The notes below the pieces were generated by a model. The model was not told where the DNA came from, ran no database searches, and worked only from the letters and a program-made list of their open reading frames with translations. From Dehalococcoidia bacterium (GTDB lineage: Bacteria; Chloroflexota; Dehalococcoidia; UBA2979), in contig CAXXDN010000002.1 of NCBI GenBank assembly GCA_963667465.2, positions 1,824,001 to 1,888,000 of the forward strand: a DNA stretch of 64,000 nucleotides, written 5' to 3'. The position numbers and the translations under genes are program-made. Of this stretch, positions 9,914 to 18,997 are shown piece by piece. Each line of letters begins with the position of its first letter. The stretch's first letter is position 1.

Positions 9914-10336
9914 ATGCCCGTGATCCGCTTCGACCACGCCTCGGTCCCGACGGACCACCCCGAGGAGTTGATGGCCTTCTACGAGAGCATGGGCTTCGAG
10001 ATCCTCGACGCCGAGGCGTTCCGCAGCGGGGAGCGGCCGATCTTCTCGATCGCCTTCGGCGACAACAAGATCAACGTGCATGGCCCGAACTTCTGGCCGC
10101 GCGAGGACTTCACGCTGCGCGGACCGACGGCGAAGCCTGGCTGCGGCGACCTCTGCTTCGTCTGGGACGGCGGCCTCGAGGACCTGCAAGCCGCCCTCGA
10201 GGCGACCGGCGCACCGATCGAGGAGGGCCCGGTGCCGCGCGAGGGCGGCCGCGGCGGCGGTCGCGACATGGGCGTGAGCATCTACACGCGCGACCCCGAC
10301 CACAACCTGCTGGAGTTCATCGTTTACGAGGACTAG
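9914..10336 (+). CDS. VOC/glyoxalase family protein
   Basis: FDHASV, FYESMGF, PGCGDLCF, EGPVPREG, SIYTRDPDHNLLEFI; AAGGAG RBS. Confidence 0.88.
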   Translation: MPVIRFDHASVPTDHPEELMAFYESMGFEILDAEAFRSGERPIFSIAFGDNKINVHGPNFWPREDFTLRGPTAKPGCGDLCFVWDGGLEDLQAALEATGAPIEEGPVPREGGRGGGRDMGVSIYTRDPDHNLLEFIVYED

Positions 10337-10383
10337 CGCGGCCCGAGGCCGCCAGCATCGCTGCGTGACGACGGGAGGGTGCG

Positions 10384-11646
10384 ATGGACTGGGCAGACTC
10401 AGCAGAGCAGGCGGCGTTCCGTGCGAAGGTGCGGGCCTTCTTCGAAGACAACCTGCCCCAGCGCTACCGCGAGGACCTCGGGCCACTCCGCCCGCACATG
10501 ATCCGCGCCTCCAATGGCGAGGAGATCTTCGCCACGCACGCTGACTGGGGCATCGACCGCTACTCCGAGGACCCCGCGGTCAAGGGCGCCGCCGACGACT
10601 GGGCGAAGGCACTCGCCGACGAGGGCTACGTCGCCTCGTCCTGGCCAAAGCCCCTCGGTGGCGCGGGCTTCACGACCATCGAGCAGTTCATCTTCAACGA
10701 GGAGCGCGAGCGCGCCGGCGCGCCCCGCGTCGGCGGCAGCGGCGCGATGTTCCTCGGCTCGCTGCTCATGGTCTACGGCAGCGAGGAGCAGAAGGCGAAG
10801 TACATGCCGGCGATCGCCCGAGGCGAGATCGACTGGGCGCAGGGCTACTCCGAGCCGGGCAGCGGCTCCGACCTCGCCTCGTTGCAATGCCGCGCCGTCC
10901 GCGACGGCGACGAGTACGTGGTAAACGGGCAGAAGCTGTGGTCGCAGCCGCTGACCTCGGACGCGATGTACACCCTCGTGCGTACCGATCCCGAGGCGCC
11001 AAAGCATCGCGGCATCTCGTTCCTGATGATCGAGGACCTCAACGACCCCGGGATCACGATGGCGCAGCTACCGAGCATGGCGTTCCACTACCCGGGGAAC
11101 GGCGAGACCTTCTTCCACGACGTCCGGGTTCCGGTCGCCAACCTGATCGGCGAGGAGAACCAGGGCTGGTACGTCGCCATGACGCTCATGGACTTCGACC
11201 GCGGCAGCCTCTCCGACACCGGCGAGGACCGTCAGAACCTGGACCACCTCCTCGACTTCCTGCAGACCGAGGAGGGTGAGCGCGTCTCGCGCGGGTCCGA
11301 GTTGCCGTCCGTGCGGGCAGAGATCGCCGACCGCTTCATCGAGGCGCGGGTCGGGCAGAACCTCGCGCAGCGCGTCGCCTCGATGCAGGCGGCGGGGCTG
11401 ATCCCGAACTACGAGGCGTCGATCGGCAAGTGCTTCTCGACCGAGCTGCACCAGCGCCTCGCGCGCACGGGGACGAAGACGTTCGGGCTCTACGCGAACC
11501 TCTGGCCGGGCGACGAGCGGGCCCCGCTGCACGGTCAGCACACCCACGACTACGCGCGCACCGTGGCGTTCACGATCTACGGCGGCAGCAGCGAGATTCA
11601 GCGCAACGTGATCGCCACGCGCGGCCTCGGCCTGCCGAGGGGGTAG
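10384..11646 (+). CDS. Acyl-CoA dehydrogenase (copy 1)
   Basis: WAQGYSEPGSGSDLASL, NGQKLW, KHRGIS, IGEENQGW, TIYGGSSEIQRNVIA. Confidence 0.92.
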   Translation: MDWADSAEQAAFRAKVRAFFEDNLPQRYREDLGPLRPHMIRASNGEEIFATHADWGIDRYSEDPAVKGAADDWAKALADEGYVASSWPKPLGGAGFTTIEQFIFNEERERAGAPRVGGSGAMFLGSLLMVYGSEEQKAKYMPAIARGEIDWAQGYSEPGSGSDLASLQCRAVRDGDEYVVNGQKLWSQPLTSDAMYTLVRTDPEAPKHRGISFLMIEDLNDPGITMAQLPSMAFHYPGNGETFFHDVRVPVANLIGEENQGWYVAMTLMDFDRGSLSDTGEDRQNLDHLLDFLQTEEGERVSRGSELPSVRAEIADRFIEARVGQNLAQRVASMQAAGLIPNYEASIGKCFSTELHQRLARTGTKTFGLYANLWPGDERAPLHGQHTHDYARTVAFTIYGGSSEIQRNVIATRGLGLPRG

Positions 11647-11718
11647 TGCGGCGCGGGCGGGCGATCCGGCGCCGCGCGAGGCTGCTAGCATCGCTCCCGC
11701 GACGACGGGAGGGGAGCG

Positions 11719-12981
11719 ATGGACTGGGCAGACTCGCCAGAACAGGCGGAGTTCCGCGCGAAGGTGCGGGCCTTCTTTGAGGACAACCTCCCCCAGCGCT
11801 ACCGCGAGGACCTCGGGCCACTCCGCCCGCACATGATTCGCGCGACCAACGGCGAGGAAATCCTCGCCACCAGCGCCGAGTGGGGCACGGACCGCTACTC
11901 CGAGGATCCCGCGGTCAGGGGCGCCGCCGAGGAATGGGCGAGGGCGCTGGCCGCCGAGGGCTACGTCGCCTCCTCCTGGCCGAAGGATCTCGGCGGCGCC
12001 GGGTTCACCACCCTCGAGCAGTTCATCTTCAACGAGGAGCGCGAGCGCGCCGGCGCGCCGCGCGTCGGCGGGACCGGCGCGATGTTCCTCGGCTCGCTGC
12101 TCATGGTCTACGGGACGGAGGAGCAGAAAGCGAAGTACATGCCGCCGATCGCGGCGGGCGAGATTGACTGGGCGCAGGGCTACTCCGAGCCCGGCAGCGG
12201 CTCCGACCTCGCCTCGTTGCAGTGCCGCGCCGTCCGCGACGGCGACGAGTACGTGGTGAACGGGCAGAAGCTGTGGTCGCAGCCGCTGACCTCGGATGCG
12301 ATGTACACGCTCGTCCGCACCGACCCGGAGGCGCCCAAGCACCGCGGCATCTCGTTCCTGATGATCGAGAATCTGAACGACCCCGGGATCACGATGGCGC
12401 AGCTGCCGAACATGGCCTTCCACTACCCCGGCAACGGCGAGACGTTCTTCCACGATGTGCGCGTACCCGTCGCCAACCTGATCGGCGAGGAGAACCAGGG
12501 CTGGTACGTCGCCATGACGCTCATGGACTTCGACCGTGGCAGCCTCTCCGACACCGGCGAGGACCGCCGGGCGCTCGCACGTCTCATCGACTTCGTGCAG
12601 ACCGCTGAAGGCAGTCGCATCTCGCGCGTCGCGGAGTTGCCGTCCGTGCGGGCGGAGATCGTCGACCGCTTCGTGGAAGCGCGCGTCGGCCAGAGCCTCG
12701 CACAGCGTGTCGCCTCGATGCAGGCGGCGGGGCTGATTCCGAACTACGAGGCATCGATCGGGAAGTCCTTCTCGACAGAGCTTCACCAGCGCCGATCGCG
12801 CACGGGGACGAAGGCGTTCGGGCTCTACGCGAACCTCTGGCCGGGCGACGACCGCGCGCCGCTGCACGGCGAGTTCACCCACGAGTACGCGCAGACGGTC
12901 GCCTACACGATTTACGGCGGGAGCAGCGAGATCCAGCGCAACGTGATCGCCACGCGCGGCCTCGGCCTCCCGCGGGGCTAG
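11719..12981 (+). CDS. Acyl-CoA dehydrogenase (copy 2, tandem paralog)
   Basis: Same 420 aa length and motifs as copy 1; about 44 aa differences by manual alignment. Confidence 0.92.
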   Translation: MDWADSPEQAEFRAKVRAFFEDNLPQRYREDLGPLRPHMIRATNGEEILATSAEWGTDRYSEDPAVRGAAEEWARALAAEGYVASSWPKDLGGAGFTTLEQFIFNEERERAGAPRVGGTGAMFLGSLLMVYGTEEQKAKYMPPIAAGEIDWAQGYSEPGSGSDLASLQCRAVRDGDEYVVNGQKLWSQPLTSDAMYTLVRTDPEAPKHRGISFLMIENLNDPGITMAQLPNMAFHYPGNGETFFHDVRVPVANLIGEENQGWYVAMTLMDFDRGSLSDTGEDRRALARLIDFVQTAEGSRISRVAELPSVRAEIVDRFVEARVGQSLAQRVASMQAAGLIPNYEASIGKSFSTELHQRRSRTGTKAFGLYANLWPGDDRAPLHGEFTHEYAQTVAYTIYGGSSEIQRNVIATRGLGLPRG

Positions 12982-13002
12982 GCGCGAGCCGAGCCCGCAG
13001 CG

Positions 13003-14385
13003 ATGAGCTCGCAAGACAGCGGACAGCCGGACTCCGCGGCGGCGACGAACGAGACGGCGCCGCGGCGCCTCCCGCTCGAGGGCGTGCGCGTGCTCGCGCA
13101 GGCGATCGTCTGGGCGGGACCGTTCGCCACCGCGCTGCTGTCCGACCTCGGCGCCGAGGTGATCGAGGTCGAGTCGATCCAGCACCTCAACCCGACGCGC
13201 ACGAACTCGCGCCACCCGAGCGAGGTGATGCTCGCCGGGACGGTCGGCACCTACTACGTGGACCGCGACGGCAGCGAGGGCTTCTGGGACCGCCAGGCCT
13301 GGTTCAACTACGGCAAGCGCGGCTGCAAGTCGATCACGCTCGACCTCTCGCGCGAGCGCGGCCGCGAGCTGTTCTACGAGCTGGTCCGGCACTCGGACGC
13401 GTTCATCGAGAACGGCGCCGCCGACGTCGTCGACAACCTCGGCATCGACTGGGAGACGCTCTCGGCGATCAACCCGAGGCTGGTGATGGTGCGCTTCCCG
13501 GGCTTCGGGCTCGACGGGCCGTACGAGCACTACAAGGGCTACGGCAACGTCATGGAGGCGGTCGTCGGCCACACGATGCTGCGCGGCTACACCGACGCCG
13601 ACCCCTCGCTGACGCCCGCCTCGCTGCACGGCGACCCGAACGCGGGCGCGATGGTCGCCTTCTCGCTGCAGGCGGCGCTCTGGGCGCGCAAGCGCAGCGG
13701 ACGAGGGCAGCTCATCGAGATCTCGCAGGCCGAGGCAGTGATGCAACACCTCAGCCACGCCTTCATGGACTACTCGATGAACGGCCGCGCGCACGGGCAC
13801 GCCGGCAACACGCACCCCTCGATCGCGCCGTACGGCATCTTCCCCTGCGCGCCCTCGCCCTCGCCGGCCGGTCCCGATGACGCGGCCGACCGCTGGATCG
13901 CGATCGCCGCGCCGACGGACGAGGCGTTCGCAGCGCTCTGCGCGGAGCTGGGCCGGCCGGAGCTGGCCGCCGACGAGCGTTACGCCGACGTCGTCTCACG
14001 CCAGCGCAACCGGGACGCCATCGAGGCGGAGATCGGCGCCGGGACCGCCGGGCACGAGGCGCAGCCGCTGATGGAGCGGCTGCAGCGCGCGGGCGTCCCG
14101 GCGGCGGCGCTGCTGCACCAGCCGGAGATGACCGGCGATCCGCAGCTCGTCGAGCGCGGCTTCTTCCAGGAGCTCACGCACCCGGCAGCGGGCACTCACC
14201 CCTACCCCGGGCCGGTGGCGCAGTTCTCGCGCACCTCGCTGACCCCGGTGCGCGGGCCGGCGCCGACGCTCGGGCAGCACAATGAGGAGCTGATCTGCGG
14301 GCTCATCGGCCTCAGCGAGGCCGAGTACCAGCAACTCGTCGAGGACCAGGTCGTCGGGACCGTCTACCTCGAGAACGCGCGCTGA
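13003..14385 (+). CDS. CoA-transferase family III
   Basis: LPLEGVRVL, VWAGPFATALLSDLGAEVIEVE, GFGLDGPY, HGDPNAG, APTLGQHN. Confidence 0.9.
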   Translation: MSSQDSGQPDSAAATNETAPRRLPLEGVRVLAQAIVWAGPFATALLSDLGAEVIEVESIQHLNPTRTNSRHPSEVMLAGTVGTYYVDRDGSEGFWDRQAWFNYGKRGCKSITLDLSRERGRELFYELVRHSDAFIENGAADVVDNLGIDWETLSAINPRLVMVRFPGFGLDGPYEHYKGYGNVMEAVVGHTMLRGYTDADPSLTPASLHGDPNAGAMVAFSLQAALWARKRSGRGQLIEISQAEAVMQHLSHAFMDYSMNGRAHGHAGNTHPSIAPYGIFPCAPSPSPAGPDDAADRWIAIAAPTDEAFAALCAELGRPELAADERYADVVSRQRNRDAIEAEIGAGTAGHEAQPLMERLQRAGVPAAALLHQPEMTGDPQLVERGFFQELTHPAAGTHPYPGPVAQFSRTSLTPVRGPAPTLGQHNEELICGLIGLSEAEYQQLVEDQVVGTVYLENAR

Positions 14386-14410
14386 CGCGAGAGCGCAGGG
14401 AGGGCCGCTG

Positions 14411-15322
14411 ATGTCCGAACGAGAGCAGATCGGCGTCGTGGGGACGGGCATCATGGGCGCGCCCATGGCCCGCAACCTCGCCCAGGCGGGCTTCAGCGTC
14501 GTGGCCTGCAACCGCACGCCCGCGAAGGCCGAGGCGCTGCGCGAGCACGGAGTCGCCGTCGCCGCCTCGCCCGCCGAGGTCGGACGCGTGGCGAGCATCG
14601 TGATCACGATGGTGCCGGACACGCCTGACGTGCTCGCCGCCGTCGAGGGCGAGGACGGCCTCGCCGGGGCGCTCGCCGAGGGCTCGGTGCTGATCGACAT
14701 GAGCACGATCGCGCCGGGCGAGACGCGCGCCCTCGCGGGACGGCTCGCCGAGCGCGGCATCGCGATGCTCGACGCGCCGGTCAGCGGCGGCTCGTGGGGG
14801 GCGGAACAGGGCACGCTGACGATCATGGTCGGCGGCGAACAGGAGACCTTCGATCGCTGCCTCCCGGTGTTCGAGGCGATGGGCGCCAGCATCACGCTGA
14901 TGGGCCCGTCCGGCATGGGCCAGACGACGAAGCTCGTGAACCAGATCCTCGTCGCCGGCACCTGCGCCGCGGTCGCGGAGGCGCTGGTCTTCGCGGCCGC
15001 GCAGGGCGCGGACCTGCTGAAGACGGTGGAGGCTGTCTCCGGCGGCGCGGCGGGCTCCTGGCAGCTCGCCAACCTCGGGCCGCGCATGGCGCAGCGCGAC
15101 TTCGCGCCCGGCTTCATGGTGAAGCTGCAGCAAAAGGACCTGCGCCTGATCCTCGAGGCGGCGCAGGAGCGCAGCGTCCCACTCGCCGTCACTTCCGTCG
15201 CGCGCCAGTACCTCACCGCCACCGAGGCGATGGGCCTCGGCGAGGAGGGCACGCAGGCGATCGTGAAGGCGATGGAGCGCCTCGCGGGCGTCGAGGTGCG
15301 GCGGGACGGCGGGGAGGGGTAG
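14411..15322 (+). CDS. Beta-hydroxyacid dehydrogenase (GarR/GlxR/MmsB family)
   Basis: IGVVGTGIMGAPMARNL, IDMSTI, DAPVSGG, GTLTIMVGG, KLVNQ, QKDL. Confidence 0.9.
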   Translation: MSEREQIGVVGTGIMGAPMARNLAQAGFSVVACNRTPAKAEALREHGVAVAASPAEVGRVASIVITMVPDTPDVLAAVEGEDGLAGALAEGSVLIDMSTIAPGETRALAGRLAERGIAMLDAPVSGGSWGAEQGTLTIMVGGEQETFDRCLPVFEAMGASITLMGPSGMGQTTKLVNQILVAGTCAAVAEALVFAAAQGADLLKTVEAVSGGAAGSWQLANLGPRMAQRDFAPGFMVKLQQKDLRLILEAAQERSVPLAVTSVARQYLTATEAMGLGEEGTQAIVKAMERLAGVEVRRDGGEG

Positions 15323-15352
15323 CGCCGCGGGCGATCGGCCTCACGCCCCGGC

Positions 15353-15598
15353 TCACCTTCCGTCGAACGGGTCGACCAGTTCGTTGGGAAGTGGGTCGAA
15401 GAAGGACTCGGGGATATCAGCGAGGCCCTTGCCCAACCCCACGGGCCGGGGCTCGTCGAGCCGCTCACCCAGGGGCCGAATCTCGGCCACGGGGCGATCG
15501 TGACTCCAGAGAATGATGCGGTCGCCCGGCTTGAGCGCCGCGATGCGCGCGGACAGGATTGTCCCCGCGTCATGCGTGTTGAGTCGCGTCGTCGTCAT
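15353..15598 (-). CDS. Orphan, probably degenerate Phd/YefM-type antitoxin
   Basis: NTHDAGTILS (cf. NIHEAKTHLS), RPVAEIRP, RPVGLGKG..IPESFFDPLP; no adjacent toxin. Confidence 0.65.
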   Translation of the reverse strand: MTTTRLNTHDAGTILSARIAALKPGDRIILWSHDRPVAEIRPLGERLDEPRPVGLGKGLADIPESFFDPLPNELVDPFDGR

Positions 15599-15645
15599 GA
15601 TCCGAGTATGAACCATGCGTCGGGTTCACTGCCCAGTCGGACCCG

Positions 15646-16989
15646 ATGCTCGACGGAGGAGCCCAGCCCGTGACGCCAGCCCCCGGCCGCGACGCCGCAG
15701 TCCAACTGCTGCTCGACCGCGCCGAGATTCACGACGTGCTGATGCGCTACGCGTGGGCCTGCGACCGCCGCGAGTTCGACGTGCAGGCTGCGTGCTTCGT
15801 TCCCGACCTCGGCGGTACGTGGGGCTTCGGGCCGATCCCGGACCGCGACACGATGATGGACTACATCCGCCAGGTGGCGCGCTTCCACACGACCATGCAC
15901 TTCCTCGGCAACGAGTTCATCGAGGTCGACGGCGACCAGGCAAGCCTGCAGGCCCACGCGATGCTGATGCATCGCGCGACGCGGCGCGACGGCTCGACAT
16001 TCGAATACAACGCCACCGACCGGCGCTACTCGGAGCGGCTCGAACGCCGCGAGGGCCGCTGGATCATCGCGGAGCGCAACGTCGAGCCGCGCTGGGCGCC
16101 GACGGGTGTGACCGGCGTCGAGACGAGCGACCCCGCCGTCCAATGGCTGCTCGACCGCGCCGAGATCCGCGACCTGATGGCGTCGTACGCCCTCGGCGTC
16201 GACCTGCGCGACTACGACCGCGTCCGCGCCTGTTTCGCCCCCGGCTTCCGCGCCGTCTACGGCGACCACGAGTTCCGCGACCTCGATCCGCTGATCGAAT
16301 ACATCAGCGGCGTCGAGCACTTCGTCTCCACCCTCCACTTCATGGGCTCGCAGCTGATCGAGGTCGACGGCGACGAGGCGGGGATGCGGACCGCCGCGAT
16401 CATCAGCCAGCGCGATCCTCCCGACGGCGAGACGGAGTGGGCCATCGCCGGCAGGCGCTACACCGACCGGCTCGTCCGCCACGAGGGCCGCTGGCGCTTC
16501 GCGGAGCGCAGCCCGGACGCCGCGACGGTCCCGAGCGCGAACCCGCCGCGCCCGGCCTCGGACGACCCGGACGTGCGCTACCTGCTCGACCGCGCGGAGA
16601 TCGAGGATCTGACAGCGACGTTCGCGGTCGGCCTCGACCGGCGCGACTTCGAACTCGTGCGCTCCCGCTTCGCCCCGGACGCCGGCGAGCACGCCGAGCG
16701 CCTGATCGCCTCGCTGCGCGAGGAGCTGGAGCCGTGGCGGCGCAGCACTCACCTGCTCGGCAACCAGCGCGTCGCGATCGACGGCGACCGGGCGAGCGTC
16801 GAGACGTACGCCTACGTGAACTACCAGCGCGCCGGCGAGCGCGAGGCGACCCACTGGAGCAACGGCGCGCGGCGCTACCGCGACGACCTCGTGCGCATCG
16901 AGGGCCGCTGGCGCATCGCCCGGCGGCGCATCGAGGGGCCGTACTACCGCGACCCGGCGGAGCACTACGAGCGCTCGCCGAGGGACTGA
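15646..16989 (+). CDS. Protein with three tandem SnoaL/NTF2-like domains
   Basis: Three repeats of LLDRAEI.D...Y/F...D.R....T.H..GN/S..I.V/IDGD.A...RY...L.R.EGRW....R. Confidence 0.85.
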   Translation: MLDGGAQPVTPAPGRDAAVQLLLDRAEIHDVLMRYAWACDRREFDVQAACFVPDLGGTWGFGPIPDRDTMMDYIRQVARFHTTMHFLGNEFIEVDGDQASLQAHAMLMHRATRRDGSTFEYNATDRRYSERLERREGRWIIAERNVEPRWAPTGVTGVETSDPAVQWLLDRAEIRDLMASYALGVDLRDYDRVRACFAPGFRAVYGDHEFRDLDPLIEYISGVEHFVSTLHFMGSQLIEVDGDEAGMRTAAIISQRDPPDGETEWAIAGRRYTDRLVRHEGRWRFAERSPDAATVPSANPPRPASDDPDVRYLLDRAEIEDLTATFAVGLDRRDFELVRSRFAPDAGEHAERLIASLREELEPWRRSTHLLGNQRVAIDGDRASVETYAYVNYQRAGEREATHWSNGARRYRDDLVRIEGRWRIARRRIEGPYYRDPAEHYERSPRD

Positions 16990-16998
16990 GCCCCGACG

Positions 16999-17415
16999 CT
17001 ACTCGAGGGCGTACAGCTCGTAGGTCATGACCTCGTCGCTGAGCGTGCCTTTGCCGACGACCTGGGTGGCGTTGAGCCAGTCGTAGCGCTCGTCCGGGGT
17101 TTCGATGCGGCCCGCCATCATCACCGGGCCGCCCTCGGAGCCCATCAGCATGGGGCGGAAGCGCCCGAAGTAGTCGAGGTAGAGCAGCGCGCCGTCGTCG
17201 GTTTCGAGCATCGCGCGGACGTTGACCTCGGCGATCTCGCGGCCGGAACGGTAGGTGCCATTGATCCACGCGGCCTCGGCGCGCACGCGCTCGCTCTCCC
17301 AGGTCGCGCCGGGGAGGATGCTCGTGGAGCGCCCGCCGAGCGGGCCGCGCGAGAAGCGCCAGGAGTCGCCGGTGCGGACGGCCAGCGTGCCGAGGTCCGT
17401 CAGTGCGAGTGACAT
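16999..17415 (-). CDS. DUF3237-like beta-barrel protein
   Basis: GPLGGR, NVRAMLETDDGALLYLDY.G, IETPDERYDWLN; start re-called to ATG 17415. Confidence 0.7.
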   Translation of the reverse strand: MSLALTDLGTLAVRTGDSWRFSRGPLGGRSTSILPGATWESERVRAEAAWINGTYRSGREIAEVNVRAMLETDDGALLYLDYFGRFRPMLMGSEGGPVMMAGRIETPDERYDWLNATQVVGKGTLSDEVMTYELYALE

Positions 17416-17477
17416 GCGAAGCTCCCTTCCGAAGTCCAGCCGGAGCGTACACTTGCCTCCGCGCAAGGGGGCCGCTG

Positions 17478-18167
17478 GTGGAGAAGCTGATCTACGTCCT
17501 CGAGGGCGGGAGCGTGCCGCCCGCGGAGCGGCGGGCGCGGCTGGCCGAGACTGCGGTGCCCGCGGCGCGCGCCGCCGGCGCCTCGCAACTTGCGTTGCTG
17601 ATCCCGGACCTGACGGACGAGATCCGCGAGCGGGCGCCGGCGCGCATCCAGGGGGAGTTCGAGCGGGTCGCCGCCGCATTCGAGTGCTGGCTGCCGAACC
17701 TCGACGATCGCGCATCGATCGAGGAGGCGCTACGCGCCGGGAGCGACGGCGCCGCGCTGTGGGGCTACCTCGTGACCGAGTCGACGGTGCAGGCCTGCCC
17801 ACACTCACCCGGCGAGGGCGGGCGCGTCCCCGGCGTTACGCAGTTCGCGATCAACGACAAGCCGGCGGACGTCAGCCTCGAGGACTTCTATCGCGCGTGG
17901 CAGGAGGCGCACTCGCCGCGCACCTTCGCCCTGCACCCGCTGCGCGAGTCCTACATTCGCCACGCTGTCACGCGGCGGCTCACCGCCGAGGCGCCGGAGT
18001 ACCTCGCGATCGTCTACGAGCGGTTCCCGAGCATGGACGTGTTCACGGACGACGCCCGCTACGCGGGCGACCACGCCGCGATTCGCGAGGTGTTCAGGAA
18101 CCTGCCGCAGTTCTGGGAGCCCGCGACGGCGATCGTGGGCGCGCTCAGCGAGTACCGCTTCGCCTGA
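17478..18167 (+). CDS. EthD-like domain protein
   Basis: KPADVSLEDFYRAWQEAHSP, YIRHAV, AIVYERF; GTG start divergent from the DUF3237-like gene. Confidence 0.65.
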   Translation: MEKLIYVLEGGSVPPAERRARLAETAVPAARAAGASQLALLIPDLTDEIRERAPARIQGEFERVAAAFECWLPNLDDRASIEEALRAGSDGAALWGYLVTESTVQACPHSPGEGGRVPGVTQFAINDKPADVSLEDFYRAWQEAHSPRTFALHPLRESYIRHAVTRRLTAEAPEYLAIVYERFPSMDVFTDDARYAGDHAAIREVFRNLPQFWEPATAIVGALSEYRFA

Positions 18168-18176
18168 GGGAGGTGC

Positions 18177-18989
18177 GTGATGGAGATCCAGCCTAGAGAC
18201 GTTGCGGTCATCACCGGCGCGGGGAGCGGCCTCGGCGAGGGGCTCGCGCAGGTCTGCCACGAGGCTGGCATGCGTGTGGTCGTCGCCGACATCGAGCTCG
18301 CCGAGGCCGAGCGTGTGGCCTCGGCGATCCGGGAGGCCGGGGGCGAGGCGATCGCCGTCGAGACGGACGTCTCCGACGCGGCCTCGGTCGAGGCGCTGGC
18401 GGCGCGTGCCTACGAGGAGTTCGGCGAGGTGCGCCTGCTCTGCAACAACGCGGGCGTGCAGATCTTCAAGGGGCTTGTCGACACCTCGGCGCACGACTGG
18501 AGCTGGGTGCTGGGCGTGAACGTGCACGGGGTGATCCACGGCATCAGCGCGTTTGTGCCGAGGATGCGAGCGCAGGCCGGCGCCGCGCACATCGTGAACA
18601 CCGGCTCGATCAGCGGCTGCGCCCCGTACCCGCGGCCCAGGACGATGCTGGCGGGGGCGTACATCACCTCGAAGTACGCGGTCGTGGGCATGACGGAGTC
18701 GCTTCGCGACGAGCTCGAGCCCGACGGGATCGGTGTCACGGCGCTCTGCCCGGCCGGCATCCGCTCGCGCATCTTCGATGCCGAGCGCAACCGCCCCGGG
18801 GCGCTCGGTGGACCGGCGCCGGCGCCGGTGGAGCAATGGGAGGGCATGGAGCCCAGGGAGATCGGGCGGATGGTGCTCGATGGCGTCCGCGAGGACCGTC
18901 CCTTCGTCTTCACGGAAGCCTGGCCCCGGGGCTTCATCGAGCGTCGCCACGAGCGGATGCTGGCCGCCCTCGACATGCTGGAGACGTAG
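18177..18989 (+). CDS. Short-chain dehydrogenase/reductase
   Basis: TGAGSGLG, NNAG, VNTGS, YITSK. Confidence 0.92.
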   Translation: MMEIQPRDVAVITGAGSGLGEGLAQVCHEAGMRVVVADIELAEAERVASAIREAGGEAIAVETDVSDAASVEALAARAYEEFGEVRLLCNNAGVQIFKGLVDTSAHDWSWVLGVNVHGVIHGISAFVPRMRAQAGAAHIVNTGSISGCAPYPRPRTMLAGAYITSKYAVVGMTESLRDELEPDGIGVTALCPAGIRSRIFDAERNRPGALGGPAPAPVEQWEGMEPREIGRMVLDGVREDRPFVFTEAWPRGFIERRHERMLAALDMLET

Positions 18990-18997
18990 CGCCGCCG

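Larger units (their letters stand above)
10351..12981 (+). repeat. Tandem gene duplication including the upstream leader
   Basis: Leader AGCATCGCT...GACGACGGGAGGG..GCG-ATGGACTGGGCAGACTC precedes both ACAD copies. Confidence 0.9.

Noticed and set aside
11068-13815. 915 aa minus-strand ORF and other long R/A/P/G-rich overlapping ORFs (e.g. 37240-39429, 5403-7307, 55440-57428)
   Set aside because: Shadow or alternate frames of well-supported genes.
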